This document shows positions 11,607 to 23,197 of a stretch of 35,388 nt of DNA, piece by piece. The notes under the pieces were generated by a model. That model was not told the origin of the DNA. It ran no database searches and saw nothing but the letters and a program-made list of their open reading frames with translations. The position numbers were made by a program, and so were the translations under genes. The DNA is from Conidiobolus incongruus B7586 (lineage: Eukaryota). The DNA is taken from the NCBI GenBank assembly GCA_000697335.1, contig JNEM01011858.1, positions 1 through 35,388 of the forward strand, read 5' to 3'. Numbering within the stretch: the stretch's first letter is position 1; each line of letters opens with the position of its first letter.

Positions 11607-13325
11607 GTGATATTATATTTTATTTACTTACCTGTATTTTTTCATTTTAAACTTCCAATTCAATCAAATATACTCTATAATCCTGTATTATGTAAAATTA
11701 CATCCCAAGCTTACTGTCAATAAAAACTATTGTTCACAATTTGACTTGATTTAGTGGGACACAAATATCAACTTTAAGTATTTTCTAGCTTATATAGACA
11801 ATAACTATTAATATTTAAGATAGTATTCAATCCTCTTTTATATGATATTTTATATATTTTAAACTATTTGCAATGCATATGTATGTATATTTCGATTGGA
11901 AAATATGGCTCAAACATTAAATCTCGAAATCTCGAAGTAAGCTTTGCATTTAAATATAATTGAAGTCTTAAATCAACTTGACTATAATTTTTTGGATTAA
12001 GTGTTATTATAATAATATTAGAGAATGCACTGATCCTTTTAAATAATTACCATATTTTCATTCAATTTTGATAATATATGTTAATCAATTTTTATTAGAA
12101 TCTATCCTAATAAATTTATAATGATACTATTTACAAGTTATATTTTAAAATATTATTCAATTATTCGGATGGATTAGGTATTAATTCAAGGTCACTATCA
12201 AACAAAATATGCTTGAAAAGATAAAATATAGAAAACTTCATAATATCAATGCGACTTGGTATATCTATTATAAACAGAATATTTATTTTTCTATATTTCA
12301 ATTAACTTTACATAAAAATTTATTCGAATTCTTTGAAAATTCTATTATTAAATACAAGGTTAGATTATAAGAAAAATCAATTACTTTAACTTGAAATTAT
12401 AAAATTCTATTATTTCTTCAATGGAATATTAATAAATCAAGGTGTTTAATTTTAATATTATAAAATTCCATTAATTTCAAATTTGAGAAATGTAACATTT
12501 TCTATAATTTAATAAATATTCTAAAGAAATAGAAAAATTTCGGATAATCTAATTATCCAAAATTATTTACAATTTAACTGACACATTATTTACAAATAAT
12601 ACAAATTATTCATTTTCTTGGGTGTTTAGTGACATTTTATAACATTCGGAACTTAATATTGATTACAATCAAAAAATTATTATATTTCTTAATAGTTTTA
12701 ATCACTGATAACCTGTTAGCTTGAAATATATATTTCTTATCAAATATATTGGTCATGATTGAATTTTTACAAAAATTGAAATGATTTTAGAAACTGTAAG
12801 TAACCAAATCTATTCATTAAATATGCTTCATAATCAATATGCTTAAAATATGAAACAATTGTAGTTTAATTACATTATTCAAACTTAGGTAAAATTCAAA
12901 AACAAATTTTGATAAAGGATATTATTTGTATAAAAACTATTGATAAGTTAATTCATAAAATTTTAGTTTTCGATATTTTACTTATAGTTTCACAAAAATA
13001 AACTGTTATTAAAAAATTTTGGTTTGTACTGAATTTACTATTAAAGATTCAATGTGATATATACTAATTGAAATCAAGCGTTTAATCAAATAAATTCAAT
13101 TATTAAACTAAAGTTATATTGATTTTTTAGAACAACGGTAATTTAAATTGGGTTTATAATTATTGAATATGAACTAATATGTGATAATGAAATTGAATAA
13201 AGGTAATTGGAAGGGTGTATTAAATAAAAGGTGTTTGAGAATATAATATTAAAAATAAAAAATTAATATAAAATACTTAAAATAAAAAAAATATAAATAT
13301 AAATAGGATAATACATGAAAAATGT

Positions 13326-13409
13326 TGCTGACAGTGAGGTTCGAACTCACGCCCCGTTACCGGGAGGGGATCTTAAGTCACCCGCCTTGGACCACTCGGC
13401 CATATCAGC
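13326..13409 (-). tRNA. tRNA-Leu(TAA)
   Basis: GCTGATATGGCCGAGTGGTCCAAGGCGGGTGACTTAAGATCCCCTCCCGGTAACGGGGCGTGAGTTCGAACCTCACTGTCAGCA. It has a 7-bp acceptor stem, A and B boxes, anticodon TAA, a long variable arm and a T-run downstream. There is one mismatch in the anticodon stem. Confidence 0.95.
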
Positions 13410-13419
13410 TTATTCTTTA

Positions 13420-13720
13420 TGTCACAGTTCTCAGTGGCATCACCACTGAAATCATGATCTACAGGGAGTTGTCACCAATCCATAACCCGCACAACTAGAA
13501 CTGTGCTGTATACTGGTGGATGAACCACTAATAAACAGAAATATATTAAGGTAAATAAGTCAGGTTTATTGTAGATATTGCACACAATAACAAGCTGAGG
13601 CTTAGTTATTATACCAAAGATAGTATTTATATGTTAATACCAGTATTGAGATTGAGTCATATACACATGATATGATTCTATTGGCTGTATGGTAGGAGAA
13701 ACAAAATCAGACATATCACA
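13420..13720. mobile_element. Solo LTR of a second retrotransposon family
   Basis: A 301-bp GC-richer block with TGT...ACA termini, flanked by the 5-bp direct repeat CTTTA (13415-13419 and 13721-13725). No similarity to the 2981/8406 LTRs was seen. Confidence 0.8.
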
Positions 13721-13978
13721 CTTTAGATTAATACTATTATTACCACATCTTTAATTTAAATATTTGGCTACAGAGTTTTCTATATTAATATATTTCTTAC
13801 TGATTAATTTATTCTTTTTATTTATTAATTCACTTAATAATATTTAATCACTCAGTATTATACTTACCTGGTTTTTTGCAATTATTTTTAATATTATATA
13901 TATATTTAATTAATTTAATCCAAATTTATTTTTATCAAGTAACTTTTATATATTATATATATAGATATAGATATAGAT

Positions 13979-15073
13979 ATATAATGTTTTCTTTGATTAA
14001 AAGACTAACTTTTAAAAAGTTTATTATTTAATTTAATTATTTTTATACTTAATAAGAACTATCAAAAGTTTTTTTAGTATTATTAAAATTTAATCATATA
14101 CTTTTTGAAATTATAATTTTTAAATAATTGATAAAAATAATCATTAATTTAAATTTATAAATTATCATCAAATAATCCTTTGTAAAATTATAAAAAATTA
14201 ATTTTTAATATTTATATATTTCATTATTAATTAATTAAAAATATATTAATTAACACCTATTGTATTAGTTAAAGAGTTATTAAAATACTTTAATATTAAC
14301 TATATGGGTATATTATAATTTTTGAAATTTTAGTTTAATTTAATTAGTAACATTAGAAAATAAATTTCTATTAATTTGAAAAATACCTAGAAATAAATAA
14401 AATAATTAGAATTAAATTAAATATAATAAAACACAATAAATACTAAAACTTTTATATTTAATTGATAAAAAAATAAATAATAAAATTTTTATATAATATT
14501 TTGATAAATTTTAAATATTGAAATAAAATAGTTTTATTATAAATACTAATCAGAATATATATTGTTTATAAATAAATATTAATTATTATAATGAATTTTA
14601 ATGATATATAACTTGTTTATTTTTTGAACGTAAATTAATCAATAACAAGTTATATATTTTTTAAAATAATTCCTAATCAGTGTTTTAAATATAATTTAAA
14701 AATACTTGTTGTTATATATAATAATTCAAAAATATATAAAGTTAAAGTTGTAAAAGATTTTTTAATTAAAAATAGTTGGTAAAAATTATCATATTTAATA
14801 TTCTAATTAAATTATAATTTATGTAATTTTAATTGTTTTAATTAAAAGATATGCTTATGAGAAAAAAATTCTTATAAACAAATTTACTTGGTTTGTTAAA
14901 TACCAAATTTTAGTCTTTAATAAAAAAACTATTTTTTTAAGTGTTGGATGTATGTTAAAAATATAGCAAATGTATTAATAATAAAAAAAGAATTAGTTTT
15001 ATTTCATTTAAAAATTGAATAATATATAAATTCAATTTTAAAAAAAATTATTACTTAAATTTATAGTTATATA
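13979..15073 (+). mobile_element. Mariner-family (DD34D) transposon relic M2 (ends approximate)
   Basis: Frame 14720-14827 reads NNSKIYKVKVVKDFLIKNSW*KLSYLIF*LNYNLCN. Reverting AAT>GAT at both ends gives D-x34-D. It is similar to M1 along its length. Confidence 0.72.
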
Positions 15074-15138
15074 TCATAGGTTATATATAATAATTGAATA
15101 TTTTGAAATTAGTTAAATATTTTAATTTATGATAAAAA

Positions 15139-16134
15139 TTATGATTCAGCATAGCAAGGTAATTGCTCATCATTTGAGACTATCTTATAGGGTGTTGGAG
15201 CCGAATAACTCGGTAAACTAACCTGAGTGGAATCTTTACGGATAATCGTGACGGGTATATTTACTTGAAGGTTTGCAATTCCTAAACTTTTCCTATATTG
15301 AATCCTAAGTTGAATTTGATGGGAAACTCGGATATTGGAATTATCAAAACTATTCACAAACTGTTTGGATGAGAATATACATTTTATCCCGAGTCTTAGA
15401 GAATCTCCTTTATATTGGCTTAGTTTGATCACATCGTGGCCAAAATGTATAGATTGCTTGCTTGTAATGCTTTGATCCTGATTTGGATTAATAAATACTA
15501 ACTCTTGAATCAATACAAGATGAGCACTCAGAATGCAATAGTTATCAATTTTAGAAAACTGAACCGGGACCATAATCGGCTCGTCTAAATACAGTATCCT
15601 CGAATTCAAACTCAAATAATATGAAAATAGAGATTGATAATTGCCTTCATAGCTAAATTGATTCGTATGAAGAGATGAGATTAATGCTTCATTCCAACTA
15701 TTAACTTCTATAGGGATTTTAGTGCTAACCTGGCTAGTATCAGTATCCAACTCAGCCATAATTGAATACTGTAATTCGAATTCTTTGCATTTCCAACTTG
15801 ACGGTAAATTTTGAGGTATAGCAAATTCAAACCAGAATGAAGAAATATTTTCAACGATCTCAGTAGGCTCAGATATAAGAGTTAAACTATTGTAATATGT
15901 TGAAAACTTCTTATGTTTAGAATCAGTTTCAAACTTTTGAAATTCTCCGTAGAAGCTAAGTCGAAGTGATTGTACCTGTGTAGGTCGCTTTACTAGTAAG
16001 GTAACCATTCCAGAAACCGGAAGTATCGAAGACCCGTCGAGTGATTGATGCAAGTTCACAGTCTTTGATACCGATGATATATCTAACTTTATAGTTCTAG
16101 AGTGAAATATATTAAATTTCTTTGTTAAATTCAT
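15139..16134 (-). CDS. Alpha-arrestin (arrestin N/C-domain protein)
   Basis: 331-aa ORF with VSGMVTL, LRLSFYG, FWFEFAIPQNLPSS, LQYSIMA and IRVSHQIQLRIQY. The tail carries the PY-like motifs LPSY and LPCY, typical of Rsp5/Nedd4 adaptors. Confidence 0.85.
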   Translation of the reverse strand: MNLTKKFNIFHSRTIKLDISSVSKTVNLHQSLDGSSILPVSGMVTLLVKRPTQVQSLRLSFYGEFQKFETDSKHKKFSTYYNSLTLISEPTEIVENISSFWFEFAIPQNLPSSWKCKEFELQYSIMAELDTDTSQVSTKIPIEVNSWNEALISSLHTNQFSYEGNYQSLFSYYLSLNSRILYLDEPIMVPVQFSKIDNYCILSAHLVLIQELVFINPNQDQSITSKQSIHFGHDVIKLSQYKGDSLRLGIKCIFSSKQFVNSFDNSNIRVSHQIQLRIQYRKSLGIANLQVNIPVTIIRKDSTQVSLPSYSAPTPYKIVSNDEQLPCYAES

Positions 16135-18610
16135 TTTTAATAGATATTTTTAATATCTGATTATTATATGAAATCCGTTTATATTTATATTAAATTTTTC
16201 TAGCTATTTTTCGGGTGGAAAATTTTGTTATTTACGATTTCAAAATGTCAATAAAAATGCATTATATTTTTGAAATTAAAACTATATTTTAACATTTTTT
16301 ATGCGAATTAATTCAATATATCTATCAAACCCTATAAATTTAATAGTATTATTTTCTATATAGTATTTTAAATTGCAAAATATATACTATATACATAATT
16401 ATATTTAAAGTATACCTTCCTAGTATTTCCAACGTATATGGAAAATCTCGGAAATGGATAATTAAAATTCGACCCTGCTTAAAATTCATCATTTCATAAA
16501 TTAGGGAGAAATATTGTGGATAACATGAAGTTATTGAGGTGGAAGCAAAAGAATACTTACTATAATTATCCAAAGTACTTTATTAATTCCTTTCTAAATG
16601 AACCCTTTTTTATTAGATCATCCAAATATTATTAAGAAAATTCTAGATTATATGTTTTAATCCAATTTTGAAAATTACTCATCAAACTAGAATTTTTTGA
16701 ATATTTTACCTTGTCATCTATGAAATGTAATTTTTGTTACTGGTGAAGTTGAACCAATTTAAACCATTTATTTAGCTCGTCGTCAGAGTTAATATAATCC
16801 TTTATATCACTCTAATATACCTTGGAATTATTTTTTGAGATAATTAATGATGTTTTAGAGAAAATTTGATGTTTCAAAGGACATCATGCTAGATCCTAGT
16901 CACTGAAATTTTCAAATTTTAGATAATTCTAAAAGTTCAGCTTAATAAGAAATTTATATTGACCTTTATTAATTCATCTAAATTAGATAATAAGAATTCT
17001 AACAATATTATTATTTGAACATAATATTATCAAGAACTCATTAAGTTATAAAAGAACAATACAACCATGATAAAGAACTATTAAATCATAAATTCACAAA
17101 TAAGGGAATATTTTTAATTTTCAATCATCCGGCAATTTTCCAAAAATGAGTCAAATTGACAAATAATTATTCATCTGTTCTAATAAAAGAATTGAATTAT
17201 ACCTAAAAAAGTTGTTAATGTTCATTATAATAGGATGCAATAAAAAGTATAAACAATTTATAAACCACTCATTTTTAGACAGCTTTTTTTATTTGATGAT
17301 AGATATTTGATTTAATATTGAAAGCGTGTTAGTATTGGAATGAAATTTAATAAACGCAGCATTTAATATTATTGTGCACTTTAGGTGAAAATATCAAATA
17401 GCTTCGCAATTTGCAATTTGTATGAATTTGTATTATTAATTCTGAAATAAACATTCAACACAAAATAATTTTAATATTATAAAGATTTTATGTCAATTTA
17501 AAGATATTAATATTGACTTTATAATTTCAAACCTGGATTTTATGCCATTATACTTTAAAACAATATTAAACAAAGTAAATAACAAAGATATATATTGTTT
17601 TGATCTTTAAACTAATAACTATTTCTAATTAATTGAATTTAGTTTGTATTTCAATCTATATATTTCAAAATATTCTTTTGGTTATGATTTTTTTTGAAAA
17701 ATTTCATCAATAATAATTAATTTGGATATTCAATACAAAATATGAAATTACCATAAAAATTGATGTATAAAATTACAACAATAGCTGTTTATATCAATTT
17801 TGTATTTCTCATAACTAGATCTTACCATAGTTTGTACAATAATAAATGGCGGTAATTATAAAATATTACATTAATTTAAAATTAATATATAAAGTATTCA
17901 GTGCCTAAATTTCCAAAATTATTACATATCCTTTAATAATATAAGCAATACATTCTACTACGAATTATATTGATTTTTGATATACGAATAATATTGTAAC
18001 TCTCAAAATATTTTACAATAATATATGAAAATAAATTTTTTTTCCAAAAAAGCTATTATATAAAATCAAATTATCACAGATACTACACTATTAGTCAATT
18101 TATATTTATACATTATTCAAATTTTTCAATCATATTTTTTTATTGCAATAGGAGATTTTAGTAATTGAGTTCCATTAGCAATTAGATTACAGTATTAATT
18201 TAGTTCAAGTTGATAAACTATAATATATATCATGTGTTTTATAATATTAATAATTACATATCTGAATATATGATATTGTCCTTGATTTATATTAGATATT
18301 TTTATATAATTATAGTTAATTAAAAAATAAATTTTTTGGTATAGATTATTATCATTTTTAAAAAAACCTATAATTCCATTATCACTTAATAATTCTTAGT
18401 ATTACAATATAATTTTTAACAAAAATTCATTTAGTTTTAAAATTCAATAAATTTTTTGATTCAATTCTTTTATCATATTAAATAGTCATTGATATATGAT
18501 AATTAAAACAAATTTAATATTATGTTTAAATTTATAAAAATGAGACTTGTAATAATTATTATATTATTAATGTATATATTGAAAACAATAGTTTTGTTCA
18601 TTATTCTGAT

Positions 18611-18646
<36 letters not shown>
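18611..18646. repeat. Compound (AC)n(AT)n microsatellite
   Basis: ACACACACACAC followed by an ATAT run. Confidence 0.9.
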
Positions 18647-21600
18647 TATTTTTGCATCATAAATTTTGAATTGGAATAAATCGTTGATTAAAATCTCAGT
18701 AAAAGTGCATAATAAAACTTTCAGTTGAATAAAAAATTCAGATGATAGTATTGAGTCTATTATCATCAGGAGTTAAGGTTATTTTATTTGATTCATAATT
18801 CAAATGATATGTTTTTCAGTGTGTCCAAAAAAATATAACGAGTTAACATAGTTTACAACTGTTATATATTTACCCATCGAAATATTTTGACTTATAATTT
18901 TGATTATAATTGAAATACAATTCATTAATTATATACATAAAAATAATTCAGAATGTCACCAGGAACATTGTAGAAGGCTTTGAATTAATATCATTCTCCA
19001 TATTTTTGGTAAATAGACCACCTAATCTTTAAAATTCAGAGAAGTTTAATTTATAGAGTTTAGGATTTATCAATAATAACTTGTTATAACTTGATGCTTT
19101 TTGTTAATAAAATTAATCTTTAATAAAACCCTGCCTCCTGTAACCAAGAATTATCGACTTAGAATCAAATTAATTCGGGTTTGATCGATTTGCGAAATAT
19201 TTATATTGCAGATTGCAAAACTGAATAAAATAAATAAAAACTGGAAATACTATGACATCTTGTCTGAAATATTTACTTTATGTAAATATTTATTATATAT
19301 AGCATATTTTTTACTAAATATGTGAAACACTGTAAGTCTAGCTAAAAACATACTGGGTTCGGTCTTCAAAAACAACTCCAAAGAACCAATTTTTATATTA
19401 AACAAATATGAAAAATATATTGATGTCAACATATGCTTCCAAACATCCCAGCTAAGTAATAGATTTTTTTAGTCTGAAAAATGAATATATCTTCGTCAAA
19501 GTAAACAATCGAGAATCAATTCATTTTATTTATGCAAGGAATTTCAAATGTGTATAATTAGAATCATAACAATTGAATATTGGAGAATAAATTATTAAAT
19601 GATTTATATAAAATAATTAAAAAACAACCTTATATTTGACATTTTGTTAATAGATGAATTTCTCAGTTATAGTAAATTATTTTATATTTTCAGAATTTTA
19701 AAAACTACCGCTAAAGCTCCATTTATGAAGTATATATCGCTTTATAAACTAGAGGTATTATGTCGATTTCTACTCAAAAATTTATGCAAGGACAGAGTTG
19801 CTGTTTTTGAACAATAAAAAAAGATGCTGAAATAACATCAATTGAACCAATACAAGTCTCAAAGCAAAAGAGTAGAAAATATAAAATTTGATTTTGACGT
19901 CATTTAAAGCAAATATCTAAAAGTTGTGATCGTTCAGGGTTGAAATTTACTATCGACTTAAATACTCGTTGATACTACATCAAGTGATATTTCATATTTG
20001 ATAGTTCAAATTTAATATGAATAATTTTAATGTCAGTTTAAAATATTTAAAATATAGGAAATTCAAAATGACAAACAAAAATTTGAATTAAATAGACTAC
20101 AAATATAAAAACAAATAATGCTACTATTATTATGAAATACATATAAAATTTATGATTAATTTTTAAATTGTAAAATTTTTTCATAATATTTATAAATCCT
20201 TGAAACTGAAGTAAAAAAAATATTTTGATTATATTTTTAAAATTTTTTAGAAATATATTTCTAACCTAATTCTTATAAAATTAGTTAATATTTTTAATAA
20301 TTATATAATATGATATATTAATCAAATATCAATATTCATTTTATTATTTGCAAAGTTATATATATATAAATACACTTTAATATATTATTGTAATTAATTT
20401 CTTATTAAATATTTAGATTATTTAAGGTATACAAACATTTCAATGTGAAAGAAAGGTTATATAATGGTCAACATAATCAGCTTAACTTTGTTATCATATT
20501 ACTTAAATGTAAGTAGAAACTTCATAGTTTGATTAACATTTTTTGTTATATATTATTAAAAAAAGATAAAATTAGTTATAATACAAGCAAAAGCTATAAA
20601 TAATTTCTTCTATCATCTTAGAAAAGTTTGAATAATTTCCAATATATATTAGGCCTAATTTTATAATGATATATGTATATATTCCTTTTTCAACACTCAA
20701 TGTTATATAATCATTAAATAAGGTAGTATCTAATACATATATTGAAAATAAGAAAAGTTTAGAAATTTTCTTCAAAAATGAATTTATTTTATTACATAAT
20801 TAAATATTATTGATAGTTATTATATATAAATTCTATTATCTGTATAAAAATTCGTTATTATTGACTATCGGCGCATGAATGATCAATATTTAATAAACAT
20901 TATAGTGGGTAGAGTTGAAAAAAAAGCATTGGTTTTATGTTGAATTAAATGAAAATGGAAAAGAGAGGATTAAAAATTTCAGAAAAACTATTTAAAATTT
21001 TATGTAATTAATGTTGATTCACTTCAAGAATAATAATTGTGGTCATTGGTAATTATATTATTCCCAGCGTATTGATAATTTACTTAGTACGTTGACAAGT
21101 TTAATATCTCAGCCAGTCAACTAAAGATCTTAATTTCGTTAATATAAAGTGAGATTTAAAATACATTAAGCAAATAATATACCGAATAAAAAGTGAATTA
21201 ACAGCAATCAATCTAAATGTGTAGTACAGTACGACCTCTCTTATGGTGTATTAATCAATGGTCGATAAAATTTATTGAAACAAAATTTGAATTCATCATA
21301 TCCATGCTATGGTTTTAATAATTTTGAGGTATTGAAATTGTTGCATGATTCAAAGAATATAACCATTTGAATGTGAAGTTTAGTCGTAAATGTTATTTCC
21401 TTAGGAGAGGTCAAATCGAATTAAGATTAATAACACAAATATGTGATGATTGAATAATTTTTATTCAAATTTATTTTAATAAGAATTTTATTATTCATTT
21501 AAGAAATAAAATATTTACCTCTTGTAAATTCAATATAATGAAATTTTTTGAAAGATATAGTGATATAAATTTGTAATAATCATAGTAAGTTATAATACTA

Positions 21601-21894
21601 TATAATTTCATGATATTATAGAATTCAATTAATTGGATTAATATTCAAACTTTTAATACAGTTTAAAATTTATTATTATATAATGTAAAAAATAAGTTTA
21701 TAATGTAAAAATATATCAAAATGCTAATGATATTAATGGATAAAATAAAATAAAATATGACATTATGGATTATTTCATAATTGATTAGTCATTTATAATC
21801 TTGCACCATTCCTCCTACAAAGGAATAACACTTTGAACAAGAAGATTGATTCAACTATAAACTTTATCAAATTATATAATTGAGTGCAATTTAA

Positions 21895-23197
21895 TTAGTT
21901 TTCGATTTCTTTGTTATCATCTTCAGTTTGATTCGCTGATTCGTCGCTAAATTTTTTGATAGAAAAGATCATAAAGATAGCGAGAATCACAGTCCAAGAG
22001 AAGAGGACCCAGTTAGCGATTAACCGTGTAATTTGTGAAACTTTGTCACTATAATAGCCCAAGTGATGGTGGTATCAACGGACTGGAAACATTTATATTA
22101 ATCAGTATATCTGAATAAAGTTGCCATATCATTTGACAAGATTCGCATAATCCAATAGAACCAGTATTGGATTAAAGCGTTAGAGAAACCGTAGGCAAGA
22201 TACATGACCAAAAGAGGACCATAGTTAGAATCAGTAAAATCAACGTGATACTCCTCTTTGTGAACACCTTCAGCAGAGCGTTTGAATTGAACGAAAAAGC
22301 CACCAATTCAAACATAATTCATAATAGAGACGACGACGCAGAGGGAGATAATACCACCCATCTTACGAATCCATTTTGGAGTATCTAAGGGAAAGCCCAA
22401 GCGGTAAGAACTAACCATCTAGGAACCCCAATAACTAAATTATTCAATCCACGAGTGCGACTCTTGAAGGTGGTGCCATTATAAGTGTTGAGTTAGTAGG
22501 TGTGGAAAAAGTTGGGACAGAAGAAAAGCGGGCGTAATATAAGCATTCTCCACTCAGTGAAAATTTTGAGGACACAAATGATTTCACCCTTAACAGCGGA
22601 AGCCTTATTGAAGACAATTTCAGTTTCATCAGATTTGACAACCTTGTTAATGGGAGCCATAACGAGATCAACAGCAGCACTGAAGACCATAATGACAATG
22701 AAAGCTATATAGGTACCATCTATCACAGTAGAACTACTATTGCTGAAGTTGATAAAAAATGTTATTAAATCAACTATGACACCTCTCAAATCAGACTACT
22801 CAAAACACGGAAATAAATATACTCTTCATTTTAAGTAGGATAGGCCATCATGAGAGCACCTTGAGCTGATCAAAGGAGACCTGCATCAATACTTGCAATA
22901 CACCAACAACGACAACCAAAGCTATACATTAGATAAGATTATATGGGAGGTAAGAGACGGAATGTAAGCCATAAGTGAGGTCACCGGTACAGAGAGCAAC
23001 ATTAGGATCAAAGTGTATTGATAAAGACACTGGGGATGGAAAAGGTAGTATATAATGCAGTTGTGGTACTGGCTAAGACCGTGAAACCAAGCTGACCACC
23101 ACCTCACACACCAGTCAGAGCATTATACATACTTGGACAGCAAAAGCAAATAACGTCCAAGATGATAATTTGAATTTATGTATTGTAATATTAAATA
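21895..23197 (-). pseudogene. Pseudogene paralog of the UNC-93-like MFS gene
   Basis: Collinear with 27658-28980 along its whole length (e.g. DGTYIAFIVIM, MAPINKVVKSD, FTEWRML). It has frameshifts, TGG>TGA stops (~22307, ~22870) and no intact start. Confidence 0.93.

Noticed and set aside
13860..13871. ATACTTACCTGG, identical to the U1 snRNA 5' end
   Set aside because: It is followed by T-runs and AT-only sequence with no U1 stem-loops. A chance match or isolated reverse splice-donor motif is more likely.
10950..16134. RCAN and alpha-arrestin as a calcineurin-related cluster
   Set aside because: Only proximity supports it. The genes are convergent and separated by a tRNA and transposon relics.
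16349..20775. Small ORFs at 16349, 18503, 19250 and 20572
   Set aside because: Short and I/N/K/Y/F-biased, mostly without a true ATG. One runs through a microsatellite.
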